Positions 17,911 to 27,147 are shown, counted from the first letter of the stretch. The stretch: 64,000 nucleotides of DNA from Nakamurella sp. (GCA_044223435.1 JBGALY010000011.1:66787-130786), one strand, 5' to 3'. Notes: generated by a model not told the origin, from the letters alone. Numbers and translations: made by a program.

Positions 17911-18892
17911 CGGCGGTCCCGGGGGGCCGGCCGTTCATCGACCGGTAGAAGGGGTCGGCCGGCCCGAGGTCGGCCGGGCGGACCGTCGTGTCGGTCAGTG
18001 CGGACCGGTACAGGCCGGCGATCAGCTCCAGTACGCGGCGGCCGTCGGCCCCGCTGGCCGCCGGCCGCACGCCGGCCCGGATTGCGGTGAGGAGATCGCC
18101 CAGCGCCGCGGCGTGCCCGCTGGGTACATCCGGCTCGGGCGGCCAGCCGTCGACGGGCGTCCGGTGCGGCGCCGGGGTCCAGGTCCAGTGGGAGTTGTCG
18201 TACCCGTAGAGATGGGTCAGTTCGACGGTCGCGTCCGTGAAGTCCAGCCGCAGGTGGCTGACCTCGCGCGGCGACAGCAGACTGTTGACCACCGAGACCA
18301 TCGCCCCGCCGGCGAACCGGACGATGGCCATGGAGACGTCCTCGGTCTCCACCGGTCGCTGCAGGGTCGCCATCGACGCCCGGATCTCGGTCCAGTCGCC
18401 CAGCAGCCAGAGCAGCAGGTCCAGCTGATGGATGCCGTGCCCCATGGTCGGACCGCCGCCCTCGGTCGCCCACCGGCCGCGCCAGGGCACCTCGAAGTAC
18501 GCCGGCGGGCGGTACCAGAGGGTCTGGCACAGCCCGACCAGGGCCGGGCCGATGGTGCCGTCGCCGATCCAGCTCCGCAACCGGCGGGCCGCCGCACCGT
18601 ACCGCTGCTGGAACACGTAGGCGACGTAAGGGCCGCCGTCCCGTTCGTGGGCGGCCATCTCGTCGTACTCGGCCAGGGACAGGGCCGGGGGCTTCTCGCA
18701 CCACGCCCAGGCGCCCGCGTCCAGGCAGCTGATCACCGCCGCGCGATGGGCGGCCGGGGGAGTGCAGATCAGCACCAGGTCCGGCCGCTCGGCGGTCAGC
18801 ATCGTCGCGACATCGTCGTACACGGACGGGATCTGCCAGTGCCTTGCCATTGCCCGGGCCCGCTCCCGGTCGACGTCGACGACGGCAACCAC
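17903..18892 (-). CDS. Gfo/Idh/MocA-family oxidoreductase, apparently 5'-truncated (no Rossmann GxGxxG before the first usable start)
   Basis: 329 aa starting from GTG: VAVVDVDRERARAMA...LICTPPAAHRAAVISCLDAGAWAWCEKP (EKP motif). In frame upstream is TGA-PITGPARRPGWWPAHLPAVAAHPDALT, so a relic of the N-terminus is cut by a stop codon at about 18977. Confidence 0.7.
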   Translation of the reverse strand: MVAVVDVDRERARAMARHWQIPSVYDDVATMLTAERPDLVLICTPPAAHRAAVISCLDAGAWAWCEKPPALSLAEYDEMAAHERDGGPYVAYVFQQRYGAAARRLRSWIGDGTIGPALVGLCQTLWYRPPAYFEVPWRGRWATEGGGPTMGHGIHQLDLLLWLLGDWTEIRASMATLQRPVETEDVSMAIVRFAGGAMVSVVNSLLSPREVSHLRLDFTDATVELTHLYGYDNSHWTWTPAPHRTPVDGWPPEPDVPSGHAAALGDLLTAIRAGVRPAASGADGRRVLELIAGLYRSALTDTTVRPADLGPADPFYRSMNGRPPGTAGG

Positions 18893-19066
18893 GGTGAGCG
18901 CGTCCGGGTGCGCGGCGACCGCGGGCAGGTGGGCGGGCCACCAACCTGGCCGGCGAGCTGGTCCGGTGATGGGTCACACGCTGTGGGTCACCCGGACCAG
19001 CGGGATGGTGGCCACCGCGACGACGTTGGCGACCAGGGCCTTGTCCTGCAGTGTCTGACCGCGCGC

Positions 19067-19162
19067 GGCAGTTGGACCGACGCCTACGAGACCGACGTGC
19101 GCACCCGGCTGGCGGACCGGGCCGAGACCCTGCGCGGCGGCCTGTCGCTGGCCTCCAGCGGA
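19067..19162 (+). pseudogene. GH31 glycoside hydrolase fragment (WTxD...ETLRGGLSLASSG segment)
   Basis: The plus-strand translation GSWTDAYETDVRTRLADRAETLRGGLSLASSG resembles the YicI-type segment WGGD......ESLRGGLSIGLSG. There is no start codon and no continuation. Confidence 0.5.
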
Positions 19163-19218
19163 CGATGGCCAGATCGTCCGGGTTCGTCCCCAGCCGGCTG
19201 GTGCTCCGCGGCGAGGGC

Positions 19219-19305
19219 CTGCAGCCGGCTGTGGCCGGACAGCAGGCCGAACGCCAGCCAGCGCTTGAACACCGCCGGGTCCGGGGTGCCCTCGGTGCCA
19301 GCATC
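19219..19305 (-). pseudogene. GH31 glycoside hydrolase fragment (DIGGF-to-HSRL segment), in opposite orientation to the neighbouring fragment
   Basis: The minus-strand translation DAGTEGTPDPAVFKRWLAFGLLSGHSRLQ resembles the YicI segment HDIGGFENTAPAHVYKRWCAFGLLSSHSRLHG. In the intact enzyme these residues follow the segment that is encoded on the plus strand at 19067-19162. Confidence 0.55.
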
Positions 19306-19343
19306 TGTTCGAGCGCAAACGCATTGCCCAGGACCTGCACGAC

Positions 19344-19572
19344 GGCGGGCGGAGCGGCGGCCGTCCGGGCGCTCGCGGCGCCGTTCGTCGGGGTGCAGTT
19401 CATGCCGACCGGTGGGATCGGCCCCGCCAATCTGGCCGACTATCTCGCGCTACCCGCGGTGCGGGCGGTCGGCGGCTCGTGGATGGTTCCCCGCGCCGGG
19501 ATCGATGACGCCCGTGCCGTCGCTCTGCTGGTTCAGCAGGCGGTGCACCTGGCGGCGAGCCTGCGCCCGTGA
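19344..19572 (+). pseudogene. C-terminal fragment (~75 aa) of a second KDPG aldolase gene
   Basis: GGAAAVRALAAPFVGVQFMPTGGIGPANLADYLALPAVRAVGGSWMVPRAGIDD... matches the classical Eda C-terminus (PF..V.F.PTGGI.P.N...YLA...V...GGSW.VP). The N-terminal two thirds are missing. It is divergent from the intact eda at 20572-21219. Confidence 0.65.
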
Positions 19573-19618
19573 CGTCGAGGCCAATGCCCAGCCGACCACG
19601 CGCGAGGTTCCGGCCCGG

Positions 19619-20575
19619 CTACCGGTCGACCGCGTCCGCCGCGGGATCGGCCAGCAGATCGGCTCGGGTCGGCATCGATTCCCAGTCACCGGGTCCGAGG
19701 CAGGCGTGGCCACCGACCTGGGTACCGGTCCGCAGGCGGTCCGGCACAGCCGCGCCCGCGAGGACCTCGCTGAGGTAGCCGGCGACGAAACCGTCACCGG
19801 CGCCGACGGTGTCGACCGGCTGGATGGCCATGGCCGCCTGGTGGTGCACGGCCGGACCCACGCGGGCCAGGGCGCCCTGCTCGCCGAGTTTGATCACTGC
19901 CTCGGCCGGTCCGAGTCCGGCGAGTGCGGCGGCGAGCGCGGCCGGGTCCTGGACGTCCGGGAACAGGATGCGGGCCTCGTCGTCGCCGGCGAAGACGATA
20001 TCGGTGAGCGGCAGGATCTGCCGGTAGGTCATGGCGGCCCGCGCCCGATCCCACAAGGTGGCCCGGTAGTTCAGGTCGAAGGAGACCAGCGTCCCGACCT
20101 CGCGTGCGCGTGCGGCCAGGTCGACGACCGCCTGGCCGGCGGTCGGCGAGATCGCAGCGGTGATCCCGGTGAGATGGAGCACCGCGGCGGTCTCGAGCTG
20201 CTCGCGGGTGACGTCCGTCCCGGTCAGCCGGGTGGCCGCACTGGTCGACCGGTAGTAGCGAACCCGGCTGCGACCCAACGGCCGCCGCTGTTTGACCATG
20301 AGCCCGGTGGGGTCGGTCTCGCTGCGCGTCACCCGCAGGGTGACGCCCTCGGCCCGCAGTTCCCGTTCGATGAGGTCGCCGAACGGGTCCATGCCCAGCC
20401 GCCCGACCCAGGTGACCGGGACGCCGAGCCGGCTCAGTGCGATGGCGACGTTCGACTCGGCCCCGCCGAATCCGACCCGGGTGCGCTGCTCGTGCAGGGG
20501 CCCGTCGGTGACGACCAGACCGAGGCTCTCGCCGACGGTCAGCACTCCGCCCCGGGGCTTTGCCGCCCCGTTCAT
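19619..20575 (-). CDS. kdgK: 2-dehydro-3-deoxygluconokinase (PfkB family sugar kinase)
   Basis: The start MNGAAKPRGGVLTVGESLGLVV at 20575 has an ATGA overlap with the eda stop codon. It has GGAESNVAIALSRLG and the PfkB motif VDTVGAGDGFVAGYL. Confidence 0.85.
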   Translation of the reverse strand: MNGAAKPRGGVLTVGESLGLVVTDGPLHEQRTRVGFGGAESNVAIALSRLGVPVTWVGRLGMDPFGDLIERELRAEGVTLRVTRSETDPTGLMVKQRRPLGRSRVRYYRSTSAATRLTGTDVTREQLETAAVLHLTGITAAISPTAGQAVVDLAARAREVGTLVSFDLNYRATLWDRARAAMTYRQILPLTDIVFAGDDEARILFPDVQDPAALAAALAGLGPAEAVIKLGEQGALARVGPAVHHQAAMAIQPVDTVGAGDGFVAGYLSEVLAGAAVPDRLRTGTQVGGHACLGPGDWESMPTRADLLADPAADAVDR

Positions 20576-21219
20576 GACCGGGCCCGGTGGACCGCGCCGA
20601 CCGCGTCGCGGCAGCGCCCGGCCAGGTCGGTCAGGCTGCCGCCGCGCAGGGCGTCGCCGATCAACGACGAACCCATGCTGACGGCCACCGCGCCGGCGGC
20701 GATCCAGTCCGGGATCTCGGCAACGCCGAAACCGCCGGACGGCAGCACCGGGATCTCGGGGAACGGTCCGTGCAGGTGCCCCAGGTAGGAGGGGCCGACC
20801 GTGGCGGCCGGAAACAGCTTGACGGCAGTGGCCCCGGCCTGCCACCCGGTCAGCACCTCGGTGGGCGTGAGGGCCCCCGGGTAGACCGGGATGCCGGCGT
20901 CGACGGCGACGCTGATGACGTCGGGGTCGGTGGTCGGCGTGACGATGAACTCGGCGCCCAGATCAATGACCTTCCTGGCCGTTTCCGGGTCGGTGACGGT
21001 ACCCACCCCCAGCGCGGCGGCGCTGCCGGCAATCCGGTCGCGGAGCGCGGCGACGGCGTCCGCGGTTCCGCGCGTACTCATGGTGAGTTCGATGGCGTGC
21101 ACGCCGTTCTCGGCAAGAACGTCGACGACGGGACCGTACCGATCGGCGTCGTCGGCGCGGAGCACGGCAACGACCCCGGACGCGCGCACGGCGGGTGGAA
21201 GGTCCAGGCGGGTGGGCAT
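20572..21219 (-). CDS. eda: 2-dehydro-3-deoxyphosphogluconate (KDPG/KHG) aldolase
   Basis: 215 aa. It has VVAVLRADDA...ENGVHAIELTMST, GVGTV, FIVTP, and VKLFPA (Schiff-base Lys context) followed by LPSGG. Confidence 0.85.
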   Translation of the reverse strand: MPTRLDLPPAVRASGVVAVLRADDADRYGPVVDVLAENGVHAIELTMSTRGTADAVAALRDRIAGSAAALGVGTVTDPETARKVIDLGAEFIVTPTTDPDVISVAVDAGIPVYPGALTPTEVLTGWQAGATAVKLFPAATVGPSYLGHLHGPFPEIPVLPSGGFGVAEIPDWIAAGAVAVSMGSSLIGDALRGGSLTDLAGRCRDAVGAVHRARS

Positions 21220-21277
21220 GTGAGGTGTCCTCGGTGGGTGTGGGGGAGGTCGGTCGGGGAAGGGCCGGACGGCGGGA

Positions 21278-22777
21278 TCAGATCACCGCGAACAGGGTGC
21301 CGGCGACGGCGAAACTGACTACGGAGAGCACGGTCTCGAGCACGGTCCAGGTTTGCAGGGTCTGCTTCACGGTCATGTTGAAGTACTTGGCGATGATCCA
21401 GAAGCCACCGTCGTTCACGTGGCTGCAGATGATCGAGCCGGCGGCGATGGCCATCGCGATCAGCGCGAGCTGGATCTGCGAGTAGCCGGCGGTGGCGACC
21501 AGCGGCCCGACGATTCCGCCGGTGGTCACGATGGCCACGGTGGCCGAGCCCTGGGCGATCCGCAGGCCGCAGCTGATGACGTAGGCGAGCACGATGACCG
21601 GCAAACCCCAGGCGGACAGGGTGTCGGCCAGGGCGGCGCCGATGCCGGTCGCAGAGATCACCTTGCCGAAGAAGGCGCCTGCACCGACGACCAGCAGGAT
21701 CATGCCGATCGGTCGGAGCGACTCACCGGTCAGCTTGCCCAGCGCCGCCACCGACATACCGCGCCGTACCCCGAGAAAGTAGAACGAGAGCAGCACGGCG
21801 ATGAGCAGGGCCACCGCCGGATTGCCGAAGAAGGTGAGCCACGGCAGCAGGCCGCTTTCGGCCGGCAGCAACATCGTGCCGAAGGTCGCGCCCAGGATCA
21901 ACACCAGGGGAGCGGCGATGACGAACGCCACCAGTGGCATCCTGGGCGCATCCACGCCCAGCTCGACCTTCGGGCCGGCCATGGTCCGCGCCGGGGCACC
22001 GCCGCCGGTCGGCGTCGGGCCCGAGCCGCCGGTGCCGCCGGACTCGTCGTCGGACCGGTCGGCCAGCTCGTGCTCCGTCTCGCCGACGATGAAGTCGGCC
22101 GGGACCTCGACCATGACCCGCTTGCCGATCCAGGTGCCCCAGACCAGGCCGGCGGCGACGAAACCGGGTAGGCCGCAGATCAGCCCCATCATGATCAGGT
22201 AGCCCAGGTCGACCCCGAGCAGTCCGGCCAGCGCGACCGGACCGGGGTGTGGCGGCAGGAACGCATGGGTCATCGACAGACCGGCCAGCATCGGCAGCGC
22301 GTAGAGGACCAGGGACCGGCGGCCGCGCAGGGCAGTGACGTACACCAAGGGTGCCAGGACGAAGATGCCGATGTCGAAGAACACCGGGATGCCGACGATC
22401 AGGCCGAGCAGCCCCATCGCGATCGGCGCCCGCTTCTCGCCGAACAACCGCATCAGAACGTTGGTCAGCGTGTCGGCACCTCCGGAGCGTTCCAGAATGG
22501 CGCCCAGCACGGTGCCCAACCCGATGATCACCGCGATGTGTCCGAGGATCCCGCCGAAGCCGGTCTCGAGCAGGGAGTCCCCGGACTTGAGCGCCGTACC
22601 GACGAGCTCGGTGACGGACAGGCCCGCGGCCAGGCCCAGGCCGAGGCCGACCAGGACCAGGGCGATGAACGGTTCGAGTTTGACTTTGATGATCAGGAGC
22701 AGGAGTACGGCCACGGCGATGGCGCAGAGGGTGAGCAGGCCCCCGGTGGTTTCCTGGAACCAGGAGACGACGGTCAT
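21278..22777 (-). CDS. GntP-family (gluconate/sugar-acid:H+) permease
   Basis: Start MTVVSWFQETTGGLL at 22777. The product is a multi-TM protein with GntP-type C-terminal motif CSHVNDGGFWIIAKYF. The track ORF continues upstream in frame through the next gene. Confidence 0.85.
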   Translation of the reverse strand: MTVVSWFQETTGGLLTLCAIAVAVLLLLIIKVKLEPFIALVLVGLGLGLAAGLSVTELVGTALKSGDSLLETGFGGILGHIAVIIGLGTVLGAILERSGGADTLTNVLMRLFGEKRAPIAMGLLGLIVGIPVFFDIGIFVLAPLVYVTALRGRRSLVLYALPMLAGLSMTHAFLPPHPGPVALAGLLGVDLGYLIMMGLICGLPGFVAAGLVWGTWIGKRVMVEVPADFIVGETEHELADRSDDESGGTGGSGPTPTGGGAPARTMAGPKVELGVDAPRMPLVAFVIAAPLVLILGATFGTMLLPAESGLLPWLTFFGNPAVALLIAVLLSFYFLGVRRGMSVAALGKLTGESLRPIGMILLVVGAGAFFGKVISATGIGAALADTLSAWGLPVIVLAYVISCGLRIAQGSATVAIVTTGGIVGPLVATAGYSQIQLALIAMAIAAGSIICSHVNDGGFWIIAKYFNMTVKQTLQTWTVLETVLSVVSFAVAGTLFAVI

Positions 22778-22823
22778 TGTCGGTCCAATCGGATCGGTGG
22801 GACGGTGGTGGGTCAGGGGTGGG

Positions 22824-24458
22824 TCAGCGGACCGCGCGGTCGTCCCGGCGCCGCAGCGCCCGGCCGGCCCGGTGTCCGGTCGGGCGGCCGCGGTCGACGG
22901 CGAGGACGCCGTTGACCAGGACGTACGGAATGCCCGCGGCCGGCTGCCGGGGCTCGGTGAAGGTCGCCGTGTCGGCGACGGTCGTGGGGTCGAACAGCAC
23001 CAGGTCGGCGGCGTAGCCCTCGCGGACAAACCCGCGATCGGCCAGCCGCAGCCGAGTGGCGGGTCGGCCGGTGAGGTGGGCGACGCACTCCTCCAGGCCG
23101 AGCAGGCCGAGCTCCCGGCTGTAGTGCGCAAGGTAGCGGGGGAAGGTGCCCCAGGCCCGGGGATGCGGCCGGTCACCGACGAGAATGCCGTCGCTGCCGC
23201 CCATGTGCGTGCGATGCTGCATGATCGCCCGGACGTTGTCCTCGTGGCCGACGTGTTGCAGGATCGTGGTGGCGAGTTCGTCCCGGCGCAGCAGATCGAA
23301 GAACACGTCGGTGCCGGAACGCCCTTCCCGAGAAGCGATCTCGGCGATAGTGGACCCGACGAGACCGGCCAGGTCGGCGTTTGCGACCCCGCTGATCTGG
23401 ATGGTGTCCCATTCCACGACGACGCCGTGGCAGCCGTCGGAACCGGTCTCCTCGACATCGACCCGGATCCGCTCCCGAGCCGCCGGGTCCGCCAGCCGGG
23501 CCAGCAGTGCGTCCGGGCCGCCCGCGGCGGCCCAGCTGGGCAGCAGCGCGACCAGCGTGGTGCAACCCGGCAGGTAGGGGTAGGTGTCCAGGCTGATGTC
23601 GCACCCGTCGGCGAGCGCGGCGTCCACCAGGGCGAGGAACTCGCCGGCCCGGCCGGCGTTCTCGGCGAAGTTCATCGTGGCGTGGGTCAGGTGCACCGGG
23701 CATCCGGTCGACCGGGCGAGGTCCAGCATCTCGGTGTAGGCGGCCAGGGCACCGGCGCCGTAGGAGCGGGTGTGCGGGCAGTAGTAGCCGCCGTGGGCGG
23801 CGACCACCTCGCAGAGCGCGGCCAGCTCACCGGTGTCGGCATACATGCCCGGGGTGTAGGTCAGCCCGCTGGACAGGCCGACCGCCCCCGCCCGCAGGCT
23901 CTCACCGAGAATCTCCTGCATGCCGGCGATCTCGTCGACGGTGGCCGGCCGATCGTCCGGGCCGACGACGAGCAGCCGGAGGGTGCCCTGCGGTACCAGA
24001 TAGGCGGCGTTGGTGGCGATGCCCTGGTCCAGCCGGTCCAGGAACTGCGCGACGGTGCGCCAGGAGAAGTCGAAGCCCGCGGGATTGCCGTTCCACCCGG
24101 CGATCTGCCGGCGCACCTGGGCCAGCACCGCGTCGTCGACCGGGGCGTAGGACAGGCCGTCCTGGCCGAGTACCTCGGTGGTGACGCCCTGGCTGATCTT
24201 GGCGATGTGGTCCGGGTTGAGCAGGATCTGCAGATCGGAATGGGCGTGCATGTCGATGAAGCCGGGCGCGACGATCAGGCCGGTGGCGTCGACGACGCGC
24301 GTCGTCGATGGATCGGTGAGCAGGTCGGCGCAGTCACCGATCCGGGCGACGGTCGATCCGCTGATCGCGACGTCGGCCCGGTAGCGCGGCTCGCCGGTGC
24401 CGTCGACGACGGTGCCGCCGGCCAGCACGATGTCGACCGGGTGTGCGGGCATGGTCAT
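22824..24458 (-). CDS. N-acyl-D-amino-acid deacylase (D-aminoacylase) family amidohydrolase
   Basis: 544 aa. It has DIVLAGGTVVDGTG.PRYRADVAISGSTVARIG and the metal-binding motif APGFIDMHAHSD. Length is typical of the D-aminoacylase family. Confidence 0.85.
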   Translation of the reverse strand: MTMPAHPVDIVLAGGTVVDGTGEPRYRADVAISGSTVARIGDCADLLTDPSTTRVVDATGLIVAPGFIDMHAHSDLQILLNPDHIAKISQGVTTEVLGQDGLSYAPVDDAVLAQVRRQIAGWNGNPAGFDFSWRTVAQFLDRLDQGIATNAAYLVPQGTLRLLVVGPDDRPATVDEIAGMQEILGESLRAGAVGLSSGLTYTPGMYADTGELAALCEVVAAHGGYYCPHTRSYGAGALAAYTEMLDLARSTGCPVHLTHATMNFAENAGRAGEFLALVDAALADGCDISLDTYPYLPGCTTLVALLPSWAAAGGPDALLARLADPAARERIRVDVEETGSDGCHGVVVEWDTIQISGVANADLAGLVGSTIAEIASREGRSGTDVFFDLLRRDELATTILQHVGHEDNVRAIMQHRTHMGGSDGILVGDRPHPRAWGTFPRYLAHYSRELGLLGLEECVAHLTGRPATRLRLADRGFVREGYAADLVLFDPTTVADTATFTEPRQPAAGIPYVLVNGVLAVDRGRPTGHRAGRALRRRDDRAVR

Positions 24459-24486
24459 GGTGTCCTTCGGTTCCGGAAAACGGGGA

Positions 24487-25800
24487 TCAGAAGTAGGTGG
24501 GGATCAGGTCGACCACGGTGGGATCGGAGCTGGTGTGGTCGTCGATGAGCGGGATCAGCCGCCACTTGTCGAAGGCCGTGCAGGGGTGGGACAGCCCCAG
24601 TCGCAGGACGGTGCCGACCGCGAGCTCGTCGGCGACCTCCGCCGGGAAGCGCAGAAAGCCGTGCTGGTCGTTGAGCGCACTGACCCGGACGTCGGCCAGG
24701 ACGCGGGCACTGTCCTGGTCCGATCGACCCCGGATGGCCTGGGCCGTCGGCAGCCCCTCGTCGAACGGCAGGTCGCGCTTTCCGGCGTCGAACAGGGCCA
24801 GGCCAGGCTCGGGGGTCGAGACAATGGTGACCCACCCGTGCATCGCGGATTCGAGATGGTCCGGTTCGCCGCGGGCGGCGCCGTCCAGCGGTGAGATCGA
24901 CCGGTAGAAGCCGTCGTCGTGGATCGGGTAGGCACCGGAACGCAGCACCACCCGCGTTGCGATACCGCGGGCTCCGTCGATGTCCACGAGGCCGCCGAGC
25001 TCGTCGGCCACCAGGTCGAAGTACGCGCTGCCGCCGGCGGTGACCACGACCGACGCGGACTCATAGAGACCGTCGGCGTGCAGCCGACGGTGCAGGTCGG
25101 CGACCGCGCGCAGGTACCCGCGGACCGCGGCCAGCCCGTCGGGGGACCGGTCGTGGGCCAGCGCCCCCTCGTACCCGCCGGTCCCGACGAGGCGCAGCTC
25201 GGGCGCCGCGGCCACGTCACGGGCCACCTGAAGGGCCTGGTCGATGCTGCGGGCGCCGGTCCGACCGCCTGGCCCGCCGAGTTCGACGACCACGTCCAGC
25301 GGCCGGGTGGCGCCGCGGGCGGCCAGCGACTCGCGCAGGATGCGCACCGCGGGACGGCTGTCGACCCAGCTGCTGAACTCGAACGATGGGTGGGCGTCGA
25401 GCTCCGCGGAGATCCAGTCGATGCCGCCGGCCGAGGCCAGCGTGTTGGCCAGCATGATGTTCTGCACGCCGAACGATCGGGCCACCTGGACCTGCCACGG
25501 CGTCGCCAGGGTCAGTGCCGTGGCTCCGTGGTCGAACAGCCGCGCCCACAGGGCCGGCGCCATGGTGGTCTTGCCGTGCGGCGCGAGGTCCAGGTGACGG
25601 GTCGCCGTCCACCGCTGCATGGCGGCCAGATTCGCCTCGAGCACTCGCCGGTCGACGGTCAGCAGGGGGGTGGCGAAGTCGGCCAGCGGCGGGGCTCCGG
25701 CGACCGCCCGCTCGACCGTCCTGCCCCACAGGGCGGTGGGCATCGACTTGTGCCAAGGGCCGATCACCAGGTCCCGGTGGACCGAACTGGGGATGGGCAT
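24487..25800 (-). CDS. PLP-dependent alanine-racemase-N-fold enzyme (D-serine dehydratase/D-threonine aldolase-like amino-acid deaminase)
   Basis: 437 aa. It has LLTVDRRVLEANLAAM, a PLP-lysine context LAPHGKTTMAP, and a C-terminal HPCTAFDKW. Confidence 0.7.
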   Translation of the reverse strand: MPIPSSVHRDLVIGPWHKSMPTALWGRTVERAVAGAPPLADFATPLLTVDRRVLEANLAAMQRWTATRHLDLAPHGKTTMAPALWARLFDHGATALTLATPWQVQVARSFGVQNIMLANTLASAGGIDWISAELDAHPSFEFSSWVDSRPAVRILRESLAARGATRPLDVVVELGGPGGRTGARSIDQALQVARDVAAAPELRLVGTGGYEGALAHDRSPDGLAAVRGYLRAVADLHRRLHADGLYESASVVVTAGGSAYFDLVADELGGLVDIDGARGIATRVVLRSGAYPIHDDGFYRSISPLDGAARGEPDHLESAMHGWVTIVSTPEPGLALFDAGKRDLPFDEGLPTAQAIRGRSDQDSARVLADVRVSALNDQHGFLRFPAEVADELAVGTVLRLGLSHPCTAFDKWRLIPLIDDHTSSDPTVVDLIPTYF

Positions 25801-25857
25801 GGGGGCTCCTCTGTGGTGGCTCGGATCGGATCGGACGTGGCGGGATCGGGCTGCCGG

Positions 25858-26235
25858 TCAGCCGGCCGCGAGGATCGCGTCGATCTCGATCTCGAATCCG
25901 GGCAGGTCGACCGGGATCGTGGTGCGCACCGGCGGCTGCGCACCCATGTACTGCCCGAACAGTTCGTTCATCGCCGCAAAGTTGGCCCAGTCACGCAGGT
26001 AGACAGTGACTTTCAAGGCGTTCGACAGGTCGGTGTCGGCGGCCCGGGCCAGGGCCTGCAGATTGTCGAACGCGCGCCGGGCCTGCTTGTCGAAGCCACC
26101 GTCCACGAGTTCACCGGAGCCGGGGGTGTGCGGGGTGGAGCCGGCCAGGTAGACCAGGCCGTCGTGGATCACGATCTGCGAGTAGGGGCCACCGGGCGGG
26201 GAGGACAGGTCACTGGAAAGGCACACCTTGGGCAT
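25858..26235 (-). CDS. ridA: RidA/YjgF-family enamine/imine deaminase
   Basis: Start MPKVCLSSDLSSPPGGPYSQIVIHDGLVYLAGS at 26235. The product ends ...VRTTIPVDLPGFEIEIDAILAAG. Confidence 0.85.
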   Translation of the reverse strand: MPKVCLSSDLSSPPGGPYSQIVIHDGLVYLAGSTPHTPGSGELVDGGFDKQARRAFDNLQALARAADTDLSNALKVTVYLRDWANFAAMNELFGQYMGAQPPVRTTIPVDLPGFEIEIDAILAAG

Positions 26236-26412
26236 CTGATTGAACCAATCTTCTAAGGGACAGCGCTTCGCTGGGTCACAGCGGCCGGGACGGGGCGGGG
26301 TCGGTGGCCAGTCGATCTCGGACCATCCGAACAGACCGTCTACCGCTGAACAAAGAGTAAGGCACCTCGGACCATCTGTCCATACCCAAGACAAATTGTT
26401 AAGCTCGGCGGA

Positions 26413-27147
26413 GTGACCGGCCCGGGAGGAGCGAGGATGGCGAGTCAGAGTGTGCGAGCGACGGGCGGTGATGCCGCCGTCCCGGGCACGGTGGAAACCA
26501 TCGAGGAACTCCAGGCGCTGCTGGCCCCGGTGATGCGGGCCATCGCCACGGCCGTGGGGCCGCATTGCGAGGTCGTCCTGCATGACCTGTCCAGCCGGCA
26601 CGTCGATCTGCGGCACACCATCCGCGCCATCGAGAACCCCCAGGTGACCGGGCGATCCGTCGGGGGCCCGTCGACGAACCTCGGCCTGCAGGTCCTGCGG
26701 GACGAGGCGGCCGACCACAACGCCTTCGGCTATCGCGGCCAGACCGAGGACGGCCGGCAGCTGCACTGTTCATCGGTGTACTACCGCAACGCGGCCGGCC
26801 ACGTCATCGGCGCGCTCTGCGTCAACGTCGACATCACCCCGCTGCAGCACGCCCAGGCACTGATCGGTTCGCTGCTGCCCGCGACGGGGGCGGATACCCG
26901 GGCCAAGGAGACCCACGCCCCGGACATCGCGACCGTTTTCGACGCACTGTTCGAATCTGCGGTCGATGCGGTCGGCAAACCGGTCTCGATGATGGACCGG
27001 GCCGACCGGATGGACGTCCTTGCCACCCTGGATCAGCAGGGTGCCTTCGAGATTCGCCGGTCGGTCGAGCTCGTCTCGCGCCGCCTGGGCATCTCCAAGG
27101 TGACGGCCTACGCCTACCTCGACGAGCTGCGCAAAGCGGCTTCCTGA
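26413..27147 (+). CDS. YheO/DauR-like transcriptional regulator (PAS-like sensor plus C-terminal HTH)
   Basis: It has HCEVVLHDL...IRAIENPQVTGRSVG.P.TNLGLQVL and a C-terminal HTH VSRRLGISKVTAYAYLDEL. It is divergent from the RidA-to-kdgK operon. The start could be 26413 (GTG) or 26437 (ATG). Confidence 0.75.
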   Translation: MTGPGGARMASQSVRATGGDAAVPGTVETIEELQALLAPVMRAIATAVGPHCEVVLHDLSSRHVDLRHTIRAIENPQVTGRSVGGPSTNLGLQVLRDEAADHNAFGYRGQTEDGRQLHCSSVYYRNAAGHVIGALCVNVDITPLQHAQALIGSLLPATGADTRAKETHAPDIATVFDALFESAVDAVGKPVSMMDRADRMDVLATLDQQGAFEIRRSVELVSRRLGISKVTAYAYLDELRKAAS

